NCBI GenBank assembly: GCA_001655205.1
Contig: LPNZ01010012.1
Span: 1-35,853, forward strand
Source of the DNA: Lenisia limosa
Lineage: Eukaryota; Protista; Breviatea
Length of the DNA: 35,853 bases
Direction of reading: 5' to 3'
The notes below the pieces were generated by a model that was not told the DNA's origin, did not search any database, and was given only the letters and a program-made list of their open reading frames with translations. Below, piece by piece: positions 10,114 to 20,982 of the stretch; the first letter of the stretch is position 1; each line of letters starts with the position of its first letter. Made by a program: the position numbers and the translations under genes.

Positions 10114-12112
10114 ATGGCCACAAAGAAGGATCAACAGTTTCAAAGTGACCTCCAGGCGGTTTTAGACTACCTGAACACAGTAAGAGGCTATTTATCCTGT
10201 CTTTCTAACTATTTCAGTGTAATAGACCCCATTCCACGCAGTCACTTGTCGACTCAATGCATGGGAAAATCAAGAAGACTCAAATGCAGAAATGCCTTGA
10301 TTGTAAGTCTTCTACTCCCTTCTCTCAAAAATACTTGTAAATCTGGTGTAAATATTCATTTGGAATCACTGAAACGCCTGTTCTTATTTTTCTGTCAGCT
10401 CTTGTCGTTGACCAGAAAATCATCCTCAAAGAGTGGGGCAAGTCCAAGATCTATGCCTGTCGACAGGTAAGCCACGGTTCTAGGAGTACTTGCAAGTTTA
10501 AGAAAATTATCTTCTGTCACCTCTTTTTATTAAGGATGGCTTACAATCATTATTCTATCAGAGCAAATCTGTTTTTTTTTTCTTTAGCTCTATCTTTGCC
10601 AAGTGATTAAGTCATTCCACACTCAGTCCTAACTGCCTAGGACCAATTTCCTAAAGTCGCTCCTGAGCAGATGGCATCTATTGATGAGGTTGGTGTATTC
10701 ACATTAGGGTAGTCATTTAATAAGAGAGGCGGATTGTGTATCACTAACCTCAACAGACAATAAAGAAGGTAGCTGAAGAGGCATCCCGAATTGCTAAAGA
10801 AGTAGCTGTACTTAAAACTGGTGAGCATGGAGTAAAGGTCCCAATAGATACTGAGAAAGTGGGAAGGGAATTGTTACGATTGGTTGGATATTCCTGAGTA
10901 AGCTGATTTCCTCAGAGTTCCAACAGCTCACTGCCAAGCCTGTTTTGGAGAACCTCAAAAGCCTGATGGAAGATCTGCGCAAAGAAGTGGGTAAAATGGT
11001 CCCCCGAGAACCATTGAATATCATAAAACGGAGGGGAGAGTGTGTTCTTCTGAAGTGGATAAATCAGTACATTTCAGCAAATATCATTGTTTATACATTT
11101 TCGCTTTGACTATTGATTTTCAAAGAGAAGATGTATATTAACCACATAATATGAAGCCCCCCATTATATTACTTACAATTCCTTACATCGTATTTTTCTG
11201 ATATTTCAGCTTGATACAAAGACAGAGTCCCTAAAAGACCTTCGAGAGAATGCAACCGTTATTTCTGTGGGAAGGGGATCGTATTTGAGAAACACTTTGA
11301 GAATTTAAATTTGTTTTTTTTTATCTCCTTGAGAAAAAAGAGTGGGCATTGAGGTTTTTGGGATTATATATAATTACATATCATATAATATTAGCATATA
11401 ATAAACGAAATAGACAGGTTTCTTTTTCTTTTTAAAAGACTATTGTCAGGTGTACTGTGTAAATCTCTAACTACTCAGGATGAAGACCAAGTAAATGTTA
11501 AAACTAAGCTGAAGAACAATGTTGTAAGTGGGAATTTTTCATCTATTTCGATCCTTTTCTTTTAAAAATACTATTCTCACGTATTAGGCTGCCTGGAGGA
11601 AAAGAAAGCGCACTGTTTGTGGGCAATAAGAGAGCTATCAAATTCATGTGCATATTGGGTTGTTCTTTCTTTATAATGAACTTATTCTACATTCAATCCT
11701 CTTACATGTACCACAGGGGGAACGAGTTGTGGATAGCTTATACGATATCATATGATCACATATTACTTTGTTTTTTTTTGTTTTTTTTTATGTTGCGCTT
11801 AAGTTGGGGTTTTGATGATTCATTTTTCGGAATAGTACCTGAGGCAGGATTCCCCAAATTTCTTGCGTTTTACCTCCACACAGGTCAACGACATGGTTGG
11901 AGCTATTTCAGAAGCCTCAGGGAAGAGGCCAAGAGAGCTTCATGTTGGGGGATTAGGCGACATGAGGATTGTGATGATTTGGTTGCGGCTTTTTGGAGCC
12001 CCGTATCCACTATCTTGGCTGGTGTCTGACCGAGCAGGAGGACATTGGTATTGAGACAGATGAAGAAGCTAAGGTTGACTTAAAGGAGTGTGACAGTCTT
12101 TTGAAGAAGTGA
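10114..12112 (+). CDS. HOP2: Hop2/TBPIP meiotic recombination factor (winged helix + coiled coil)
   Basis: Spliced: MATKKDQQFQSDLQAVLDYLNT|CNRPHSTQSLVDSMHGKIKKTQMQKCLD|..IILKEWGKSKIYACRQ|DQFPKV..|..|AAWRKRKRT|VNDMVGAISEASGKRPRELH|EDIGIETDEEAKVDLKECDSLLKK*. Matches the Hop2 motifs YL..NRP, K.wGK.KIY..Q, WrKRKR and GiEtDE. Confidence 0.9.
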
Positions 12113-12505
12113 TGTGGTTAATGTTTGGTTGTTTAGTTTCTTTTGACTGAAGAGAGGTCTGATTGTTGTTATTTATTGTACTTGTCTTTCTCTTCTTCCT
12201 TGATATAATCGAATCTCCCTGGAGATGGGTGTGATCTTCACTGCATAGGAATTTGATGTGGTCCCCTTTTGTCTTCATTATCACTTTTATTACCTTCTGT
12301 CTCTTCCCTGAGGCTTCTCAAATTGGAACGAAGCACTTGACAATGCATAGAAGATCATGTTATTTTTTCATTTTTTTTCTACATTCAATGATAATTGGGA
12401 ACACTAGATGTGGATGTGATTATTTGGCAGGGAGTCCGACAAAATTGGAAAAGAAATTAATGAACTAGCAACAATACAAGAAACAAACAAAACGTTGAAA
12501 AAAAA

Positions 12506-13928
12506 CTAAAGAACACGCATGATGTAGATGGCGTGATATGTGGGAGGAAGATGCTCAGTCTATAAAGGTAAGAAGAAGGTACGTCAGTCACACTAGATTT
12601 ATGGTAAAGCCACGTAGCCTCAAAAATTGCGCAGATGAATGCAAACAATGCATCAAAACAACATTCGGATAAAATGACTCCCAAAGTTTGTAATGTAATA
12701 TGACATAAACACTATCTATCTTCTGTCTTCCATCAGGTCCTAAAAATGCCATCATAAAAGCCGTTTATTACCCTCCCCCCCTCGCACCGGATCAGATTCC
12801 AGAACCTTCTGAGGTTCAGCAGTCGTTGTGCCGTTGAAATCAGTGACGTTGAGGCGCATGGCGTGGGTGTGGCCGCCGTTGTTACTAAAGAGTCAGATGG
12901 GACACAATACAAAAAACAATGAAGGAAAAGGGACTTACTCAGTATCAATGTACTTCATGGACTTGTCACGAATTCTGAAAGACAGCGGAAAATATCCCTA
13001 CAAGCAATAGTTACATGATATGACATTTTGGTCCTTTTTTGTACAATTGTGAAAGCCCCCCCACAGAGCCACCTGCGTTGACACCATTGATCCAGTTAAT
13101 GAGTCGAGAGTATTCATTACTGAACTTAGTTGCGGTGACATAGCTGTACCTGGGGAAATGAACTTTGAAAAAAAACCTTCAAAAAAAACAGTTCTAGCTT
13201 GTAGAATATCTGTTGAAACCAGTTAGTAGGTTTATCCAACCCTTTTACCAATCGCAAAGACTGTTGACGATGGTGGTATGGAAGTGGTCATCGACTTCGT
13301 TAGTTTCCATCTCTTGATCAGGGTGTGAGTGAGAATAGCTGAAAGGTGACATACACGACTACTGAGAGCAATAAGAAACATGGGGCCAGTGAAGAATGAA
13401 AAAAAGTAGAAACGGAAGTTCACTCACTCATGCTCGTGTTCCTTAATGGTGTATTCGTGGGTATGCTCAGTCTTGACAGCGCGTTGCCCGGCAGTGGTCA
13501 CATCACCACCCATAGGGTATACGTCACGAAGGTCTGGGATGACTTGGCCATGATACTCACTGCAGTCATGTTAAGACTGAAGAAAAAAGCCAAAACAATC
13601 ATCATATCTGCGCTTCACCTCAATTTATATTGAAATTGTAAATAATATACCAAAATCCTCCAAAAGAAAAGTAAATGAAGGAGAACCCCTGCCCTTGCTA
13701 CCTTGAAGGCATGTTCAGCACGAGACCGTTGCAAATCGCCCATCCGGTGGGTGGTTCACTCTCAAATGTTGACGGCGTCCACGCCACTATCGCTCCGAGG
13801 GGGGGAACTGCGGCGTTAATGGAATAAAGGGCGAAAATGAAAATAGTGTAGCCCCCCCCCCCACGAAGAGTGTCAATTCTTGTGCCGTTTTCCCGGACTT
13901 CTCCCTTGAGAGATGCAGTACAGCCAAC
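12506..13928 (-). CDS. Phage tail-collar domain protein with HxH-repeat fibre; at least 8 exons; start codon probably in the gap 13929-13999 or upstream
   Basis: Phase-consistent exons 13928-13865, 13807-13702, 13559-13428, 13338-13249, an exon from 13149, 12974-12939, 12884-12788, 12559-12506. They give LPPLGAIVAWTPSTFESEPPTGWAICNG..IPDLRDVYPMGG..TEHTHEYTIKEHEHDYSHSH..DDHFH..NNGGHTH..TEHLPPTYHAIYIMRVL*. The junction after the 13149 exon is ambiguous. Confidence 0.85.
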
Positions 13929-14379
13929 NNNNNNNNNNNNNNNNNNNNNNNNNNNNNNNNNNNNNNNNNNNNNNNNNNNNNNNNNNNNNNNNNNNNNNNA
14001 ATTTCGATAAAATATTAAACGGGGAACAACCACACGAAACTGTTGTGAACACATGGTTGCATCAAGAAAGAAAAAACTCTAAATTCTAGAGCAATTCTCG
14101 GAAACAGAAAACAGTAGCCCAGCGATTAGTGTTTTTAAACCAACAACAATAATAATAAACTGGATAAAAGCATGTAATGCATTGAATAATAATGCAAAAG
14201 AAGGACTGAACAAAACTGAAAAAAAATAAAGAAGAACTGGGTGACCATGACTAAACTATCAAGCGTATCTTTCCAGCGTAAAAGAATCAAGAAAATAGTA
14301 CTATTAGACAATGAAATAACACAATATTATTGGAAGAAGAGGATTTGAACAAGGTACTGGAAATTAAGCTTATCAAGTA

Positions 14380-17300
14380 ATGTGTCAGAACTCAAAGAGT
14401 GGAGAAGCCGGCTCACCAAAGTTCATGCTGTCATCTTCCTCAAAAACTATTGACTTTCCGAAGACGGAAGCGACAAGAAGAAGCCCCAAAAGTCCTAAAA
14501 GGCGCATATTTGGAACTGCTCTTGACAATGCGGTATTTTCAGTTTGATAACAAAAGACTCAAAGACGCAACGACTCAAACTGTTTATAAATGGTTACAAA
14601 ACGGGACAAACGGACGGCAACGGCAGCAATGGCGCAATGGCTGGCCGACATAAATCAATAATATTCTGGGGTTGCATATGGAAAATTCTTATCATGGCCA
14701 AGTCATCCTAGACCTTCTCAAATTCTTATTTAGTATTATTTAATCATGGAAAGCTAATCGTAAATCCTTGGTTGACCAGTTTTGGATTATATTTTGTCTT
14801 TGTGGGCGAAATGTGGGGTAGCTCCTATCATAATCATGAAGCTGATGGCTATAAATTCCATATTGCTAAGCTAGAAGCCGAAAAAAAGGTTGGTCTAATT
14901 TTTTCTTTGTCTTCTAGTGGTCTTCTTCATCTTCCAGGCTTTGCAACAACATTTAAATGTTGCTAATCGTCAGAATAGAGATTTAAAACAGTCAATTTTT
15001 GAGATATCGCAGCAATACTCGAAGGCAACAGCTTCGCTGGGTGTCAAGCCAGAGCCTCTTAAAATTGAAAACTGTAAGCCTTTTGGAGCTATGTGTTTGA
15101 TTTTGCTTTTTTAAGTATCTTACTCTATAGTGTTGAAGGAATTAGACAATGTCACACCAGAGGTCAGGGAAATTGCTGTTTCTGCCGGTGGGAATGTGGA
15201 CTTCTGTCATATTTGATTATTTGCCCATAGGGAGAGAAGAGGAATGCAGGAGGTTCTTTGGCAATACATTATCGATATGATATGATTTATGATACAAAAT
15301 TTATTGTATATATGTGACATATTACACTCAATATCATATACAACCGTGTTAAGTCTTGTCTGTTGGTCAAGTCTTACCACAGTCACTGTATAGATAGTTT
15401 ATGTATTAATTTGATTAGAGCTTGACGATGATGAGAACCGTGATTCAAGGATCTTCTATTTGAAGCATACTTTCAAGGTTTGACAGGAAGCCGTCCGATC
15501 AGTGAATTTTTCTCCTAGGAGTGGCGTTTGAATGTTCTCACCACACCAGAGCGTTGTTTTACAGTATTAGGGACACAGCTCAGCGGCTTACCACAGTTCA
15601 TTCAATCGCAACGGCTCGCTTTTGGCTTCATGCTCCATGGACAAAACCGTCAGAATATGGGATGTTCGCAATCGCAAAGAAGTGAGGCTTGATTTACATC
15701 TTCAATGGATGCTGACAATGTAGAAATACACCTTGACTGGACATAATCTGACAGTTAGTGATGCTGCCTTCGCTTCAAACAGTGAAATGGTTGGTAGTAA
15801 AAAGTGAAATATTAGTGAACAGGTAAATTGAGCTATTTAGCTTTAAAAGCAAAATGTGTAGGATTTTGACCAGAGAATTAAGTTTCCATTTCACTTTGTT
15901 TTATTTTCTTCAGACCGGTAAGAATCGAGTTATACAGATTTTTATTGTTTTCACCCCCCCCCTCCCCAAAGTAGTTGGACTGTTAAGGCTGTTTTGGGTT
16001 ATTTATTTATGTTAGTGTTTTTTTTTAATTCGGTCATATTTCTGCATTCAATGTTTAGTGTTTATGTTTGTGTTTGGAGTTTTGTATTATTGATTTGTGA
16101 TAAGTGCTTCACTCCAGCTCGGTTCGGTTATAACCGAAACCGACAAATAATTTTCCATTTATCCGAACCAAACCGATAATCATCGTATTTTACAAAACTA
16201 ATAATAACTGAAACGAACGGATAACGGAACCGATAACCGACATATAACCGACATTTACCACCCCTTTTGCAATTGAGAAACATACTTGTATTTCTTACCC
16301 TCTCCCCCTCAGATGACAACAGGTAGTTACGATCGCACCGTTCGATTGTGGCAACTTGGAGAACGTGCCGGGGACCAAGTTGGGCTGGTGGCATTCATTG
16401 CAAAGGAATCTCAATATTTAAAACAGATATGAAATAGTTTTGCATTAGAATATGCAGCATTATTTGATCACTCTTCATTACCCTTTAGTTACGAATCTTA
16501 CGAGCCTCTTTCACCTCACCTGGGTGCTTTCTTTGTGAATTCCTGTATTTTGTCATTCATAACATGTTAAGATTTGCTCATCACAAGTGGAAGGCTTTGT
16601 GCAGGCAGTCAGTTTCTCCCCAACCTGTTTGGGGTGTCTCTATCTTCCGGATTTTCGTGCCACTACTTTTCTCGACTTCGATATATCTGACCTAAAAAAA
16701 ACCCTTGTCTCGCTGCTTCATCTGTATTCACATCATCCATTCTTACACTAAAGCGAACGAGCTGTATTATGCGGGTACAACGGCAGGTAACATTGAGTGT
16801 TTTGACACACGGCATGGACCAAAACAGGTCAACACCATTGCCATCGGTGCCATGTGTAACACTTTGTGAGTGATGTTAAAATATCTTAAATTGACTCGTT
16901 GCACCTCCTTTTTTGTTATCTTGTTTTGAAATAACTTATCTGCTTCTCAATGATTCTAAATTAAGCTTTTCTTTCTATTCTTGAAATCAATATTTCTGTG
17001 TCATTTCATACGCAATTAACCAGGTAGTCACATGTACAACAATGGTGTGCTTGTTATCTGTGGTGACTCGGAAGGCTGCATACAAACATTTGATTCTCGA
17101 AAGACGAACACTTGTCTTGTCAGATTCCAGGTGGCAAATAAGGACGCTCTTTCCAACTTGGTAACCTCTACACCATCCGCTGGTGGGTTGGATTTGCCTC
17201 TCTTACCTGAAAGAACTTAATTTGTCAATTATTTTTTAAAAAAAAACTGATCATATTTGTCATTTAATTGGTCAATTAATTGCCAAGTTCTACGAATAGG

Positions 17301-18114
17301 CTGGGTTGGATGTTTGTACCTTTAGTATGTGTTATTTGTCGAGTTAAGTTTGTAATTGAACTTATATTTCACAGTGCCATATGTTTATGTCTTATGGCTC
17401 CTAGATGAAGATGAGGGGCGCTATCTTGTTGTCAACTCCTATGACAACATCATTCGTCTATACGACAGAGAGTCAATTCACCTTCCAAGGTTGGCTGAGT
17501 TGAATCACGTCACGAAGGCAGGCTAGATTATGATTATGTAGGTACCCGAAAGATGGCCCTGTGACGGATGAGCCGGATCTTCTTCATCGCTGCATCGGAC
17601 ACAAGAACCGCGGGTGGCCAATCAAATCTTCAATCTTCAGAGGAAGAGATCGTGGGAATGGACCTCACATGGACCTGTTCTTAATTGAGATATAATTATT
17701 TTAAATTGTTTCTATTCCTTTTTTTTTTGGCTCACGTAACTGAATGGTGTCTGTTTTGAAGTTTCAGTTTCTGATGGTTTAGATAAGCGAAACACAGAAG
17801 ACAATGAGACGACATCCTCCATCCACAGCACTGTTCTCATTGCATCAGGTTCCGCCAATAACATGGCTTATATCTATGATATGGGAAGTGATGATGTAGG
17901 AGGGGAGGGGGAGCTATGATATTATGTTCATGAAAAGAGATAGAAATGACAAAATCAGAAAACTATCCATCCTGTGCAGACTCTCGTTCACCCCAACTGC
18001 CAACGAGTATATTCGGCCAACTTCCACCCGCTGGACCCCCTGGTCGCCACCACAGCTTCAGATGGTTGTGTTCGTCTGTGGGCTGCGAGGAAGGCTAAAA
18101 CAGCATTCTCCTGA
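14380..18114 (+). CDS. WD40-repeat protein with N-terminal coiled coil; start uncertain, first well-supported exon ~14820
   Basis: Exons: SYHNHEADGYKFHIAKLEAEKK|ALQQHLNVANRQNRDLKQSIFEISQQY..; GHSSAAYHSSFNRNGSLLASCSMDKTVRIWDV; GHNLTVSDAAF; TGSYDRTVRLWQL; VNSYDNIIRLYD; GHKNRGWPIKSSIF; VYSANFHPLDPLVATTASDGCVRLWAARKAKTAFS*. Confidence 0.85.
16118..16266. mobile_element. AACCG/CGGTT-rich intronic element resembling the subterminal repeats of a non-autonomous hAT-type DNA transposon remnant
   Basis: Perfect 16-bp palindrome TTCGGTTATAACCGAA at 16123-16138, then many AACCGA/AACGG copies to ~16252 and a terminal CACCCCT. It lies in an unusually long (~510 nt) intron. No left TIR or target-site duplication identified. 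Confidence 0.45.
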
Positions 18115-18346
18115 GCCATGGTTTTCTGGGTGGGGGGGGGGGGGNNNNNNNNNNNNNNNNNNNNNNNNNNNNNNNNNNNNNNNNNNNNNNNNNNNNNNNN
18201 NNNNNNNNNNNNNNNNNNNNNNNNNNNAATGTAGTTGTTGTACAGTTCAATGTGGTCCTCGGATAATCCCAAGCATTTCGCCATCATTTTTCCAAGTTTA
18301 GCTAAAATGGGTAATAGAGTTTCTATCCCAAGACAAAAACCTTAAT

Positions 18347-19010
18347 TTACAATTGGGGGAGGGGAGGGAAGATCAGGCATTTGAGTGAGGCGGATGTCTT
18401 TGAACTTATCAGAAGAGTCATAATTGACAAACTCCGCCTCAATTTCCTCTTCCGCCTGTTGTCGAATCATTTCAAAAGACTTCAGGGGGAACGGGGACTT
18501 GTCATGCACTAATTCTCGAACTCGTTTCTCAAACTGCAGTGTGAGCAGAACCGGGTAATCAATTTCTTACGTATTATAATCTAAACCCGCTTTCTCAGAG
18601 GCATTTACACAATAAAATGACTTATTCCTTATCAATATTTAGCGTCAATTGATAAGCATCGTTCAGCCTCGGATGCCTACCTCAATCATTTTGTAGTCTG
18701 TGTCATCCGGATTCTCCCATCCGAACCAAGTATTGACCGGGTAATAGTGATCAGGATTCCACGGGTCATTGAAGAAGTCCTGAATGATTATATGTGTTGG
18801 GTAAAAGGCAAATATACACCCCTTATTAATATCGGAAGCCAGAAAGGCAAATTCGTTGCAATATAGAAACCTTTCTTTTGCCTTAGAAATACCAAGAGAA
18901 CTGGATTTGGTGAGTCATACCCATTTGAATGGGCGAGTTATTAGAACAAAAGATTCATCATACAATACCAAGACGTGCAAGAGGCCCAGAGCATAATCGT
19001 TGTGGAGTGT
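18347..19010 (-). CDS. Small hypothetical spliced protein; 5' end unresolved
   Basis: Two clean exons: DFFNDPWNPDHYYPVNTWFGWENPDDTDYKMIE|FEKRVRELVHDKSPFPLKSFEMIRQQAEEEIEAEFVNYDSSDKFKDIRLTQMPDLPSLPQL*. Confidence 0.5.
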
Positions 19011-19674
19011 GAGCAAAAATTGTAAAAAAAGGGAGTGAATAGAAAAGAGAATTAGTGAAGGGGCGGTTGATTTTTATTTTCGGATAAAAATAGGTTAAAA
19101 TTTATTTTTTTGAACAAGAGTAATAATATACATTAACAATCTAGGGAAACAAATAAATACATAGGGATACCATCAACAAATTACCATACCTCCACACCCA
19201 TTAATTTTATTTATTATTTTATTAAATGTTTAAGTGAGCGATTGATAAAATGTTTTAATGGCGGTGTTGGGCGGTTTGGAGGCAATGTTTTGGAGACCGG
19301 GGAGATGAAATACTAAAACCATTTACTGGTACAACTTTATTATAATGAAATTTTATCTACCTCCTCTAAAAAAAATTAAAATTATATTATTTAAATCGCT
19401 CACTTACAATTTTTAACTATTTTGAACTAAAAAATAAAAATCAATCGCGCCCTAAGAGTTGTGGAAGCAAAGAAATAAAAGACTACTATAATATCTTCTT
19501 CAAAATATTTTCAACTCCAGAATATTAAACATACGAAAACAGCAAACCGTGAAAGAAGTATATCTGTTTCCAAAATCGGCCAGCGCTCGAGGAATCCTAG
19601 GCTTGTTATCGCCGTCTAATAACACAAGAAACGATCATTTTTTTAAAAAAACAAATCTCAATCCGGGACCCCAT

Positions 19675-20826
19675 TTACTGGTTGTCTCTCTTGACAAACT
19701 GACCAATTGACCCAGGTCCCATGTAGAACCCAACAATAATTATCAAGCATAATAAAGCTATTCCATCAACGAGATTGCGATAACGCTTCAGCCGACGGAA
19801 TCCATGCCAAAACACATCTTTGTACCTGAAAAAGTGAAAAGAGAGCTCTGAAACACAGAAAGCTGAAGAATTTCCCCTTGCCTTACTCTGAATAGTGCAC
19901 CAAATTAGCCCAAGCATTTTCAATCCTCATGTCAAGTTCTAATTGCTTTACGCGATCCTGGAAGTTGAGAAATCGTAAACACAATTCGAAAAATGCTAAA
20001 ACGCAAGATAATATGTACAGTCGGATTATTAAACAAATGCACACCTGAACTGATACTTCAGGTGCAACAACTTCTTGAACAGAATTGACCAGAGGAACTT
20101 CACTGATATCACTCCTCTGTGTGCTGTTATTCAAAGACAAGTGTCGATTATGAGACTAAAAACAACAACAAGTGCTTTGAAGATAACTCAACATACTGTT
20201 TCAAGTTCATCATGATTCAGAGCAGCTTCTTTGATGTTTGGGAATACGATACTGTCATTGTCGCCATCAATGGAGTCAACTTCTTCCACAGCTGACAGCT
20301 CAGGAGAATCCATACTAACTAAGATGTCAAAAGAGAACAAATAGCGTATTGAATCTTACAGTTTCTCCTCCGGGCTTGTCTTTGGGGGGTGTTTCGCAGA
20401 GAATATCTTGAAAAATAAGGAGCAAATTTTGTTTTCAAACAATATCATCACGGTCCCCAACCTGGACCCTCTTGAAGCAACACTTTCAACAACGCTGTCA
20501 GTGTCTGAGTATTCTTCCTCAACTTCAATGTTGTTTTCTGACATTGGAAGAGCCTTCTCCACCTCAAGAGCAGCCTTCGCCTCCGGATCTAGAGGACATT
20601 TTTCGTCCAGCCAAACCACAATCAAGTACAAAAATATCAGGAAGTAGCAAACAGAGTCCCAGTCCATGATGAACTGGAAGGTATAGGGGTATACTGCACA
20701 AGGATTTCTCAGGTTTCTTTCTTCATTACACAGTTATAATTAATCAGAATACTAAGTTTTACGCATGAAAGGCAGCAAAAGCAAAAAGGCAAAAATAACC
20801 AGGAAGCATAGGTAAATTGGGTCCAT
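19675..20826 (-). CDS. Hypothetical protein with N-terminal and C-terminal hydrophobic segments and an acidic/Ser-rich middle
   Basis: Exons: MDPIYLCFLVIFAFLLLLPFM|..WLDEKCPLDPEAKAALEVEKALP..|..DRVKQLELDMRIENAWANLVHYS|YKDVFWHGFRRLKRYRNLVDGIALLCLIIIVGFYMGPGSIGQFVKRDNQ*. Confidence 0.6.
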
Positions 20827-20982
20827 CGTCACCCTATTTCCAATATATGTAGATCCATTTTTTCCAAATCATTAAACAAAATTATTAGAAAGGAAAATGG
20901 GCAGAAAACTGTAAAACATCAGAAATATAGGATTGATTATTTGAGTTTGGACCTTCAATGATACAAATTTCTTCGGAATAAG

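Noticed and set aside
12506-13928. Prophage, endogenous giant virus or bacterial contamination as the source of the tail-collar gene
   Set aside because: The gene has multiple spliceosomal introns and flanking eukaryotic housekeeping genes, and there are no capsid, integrase or other viral genes in the window.
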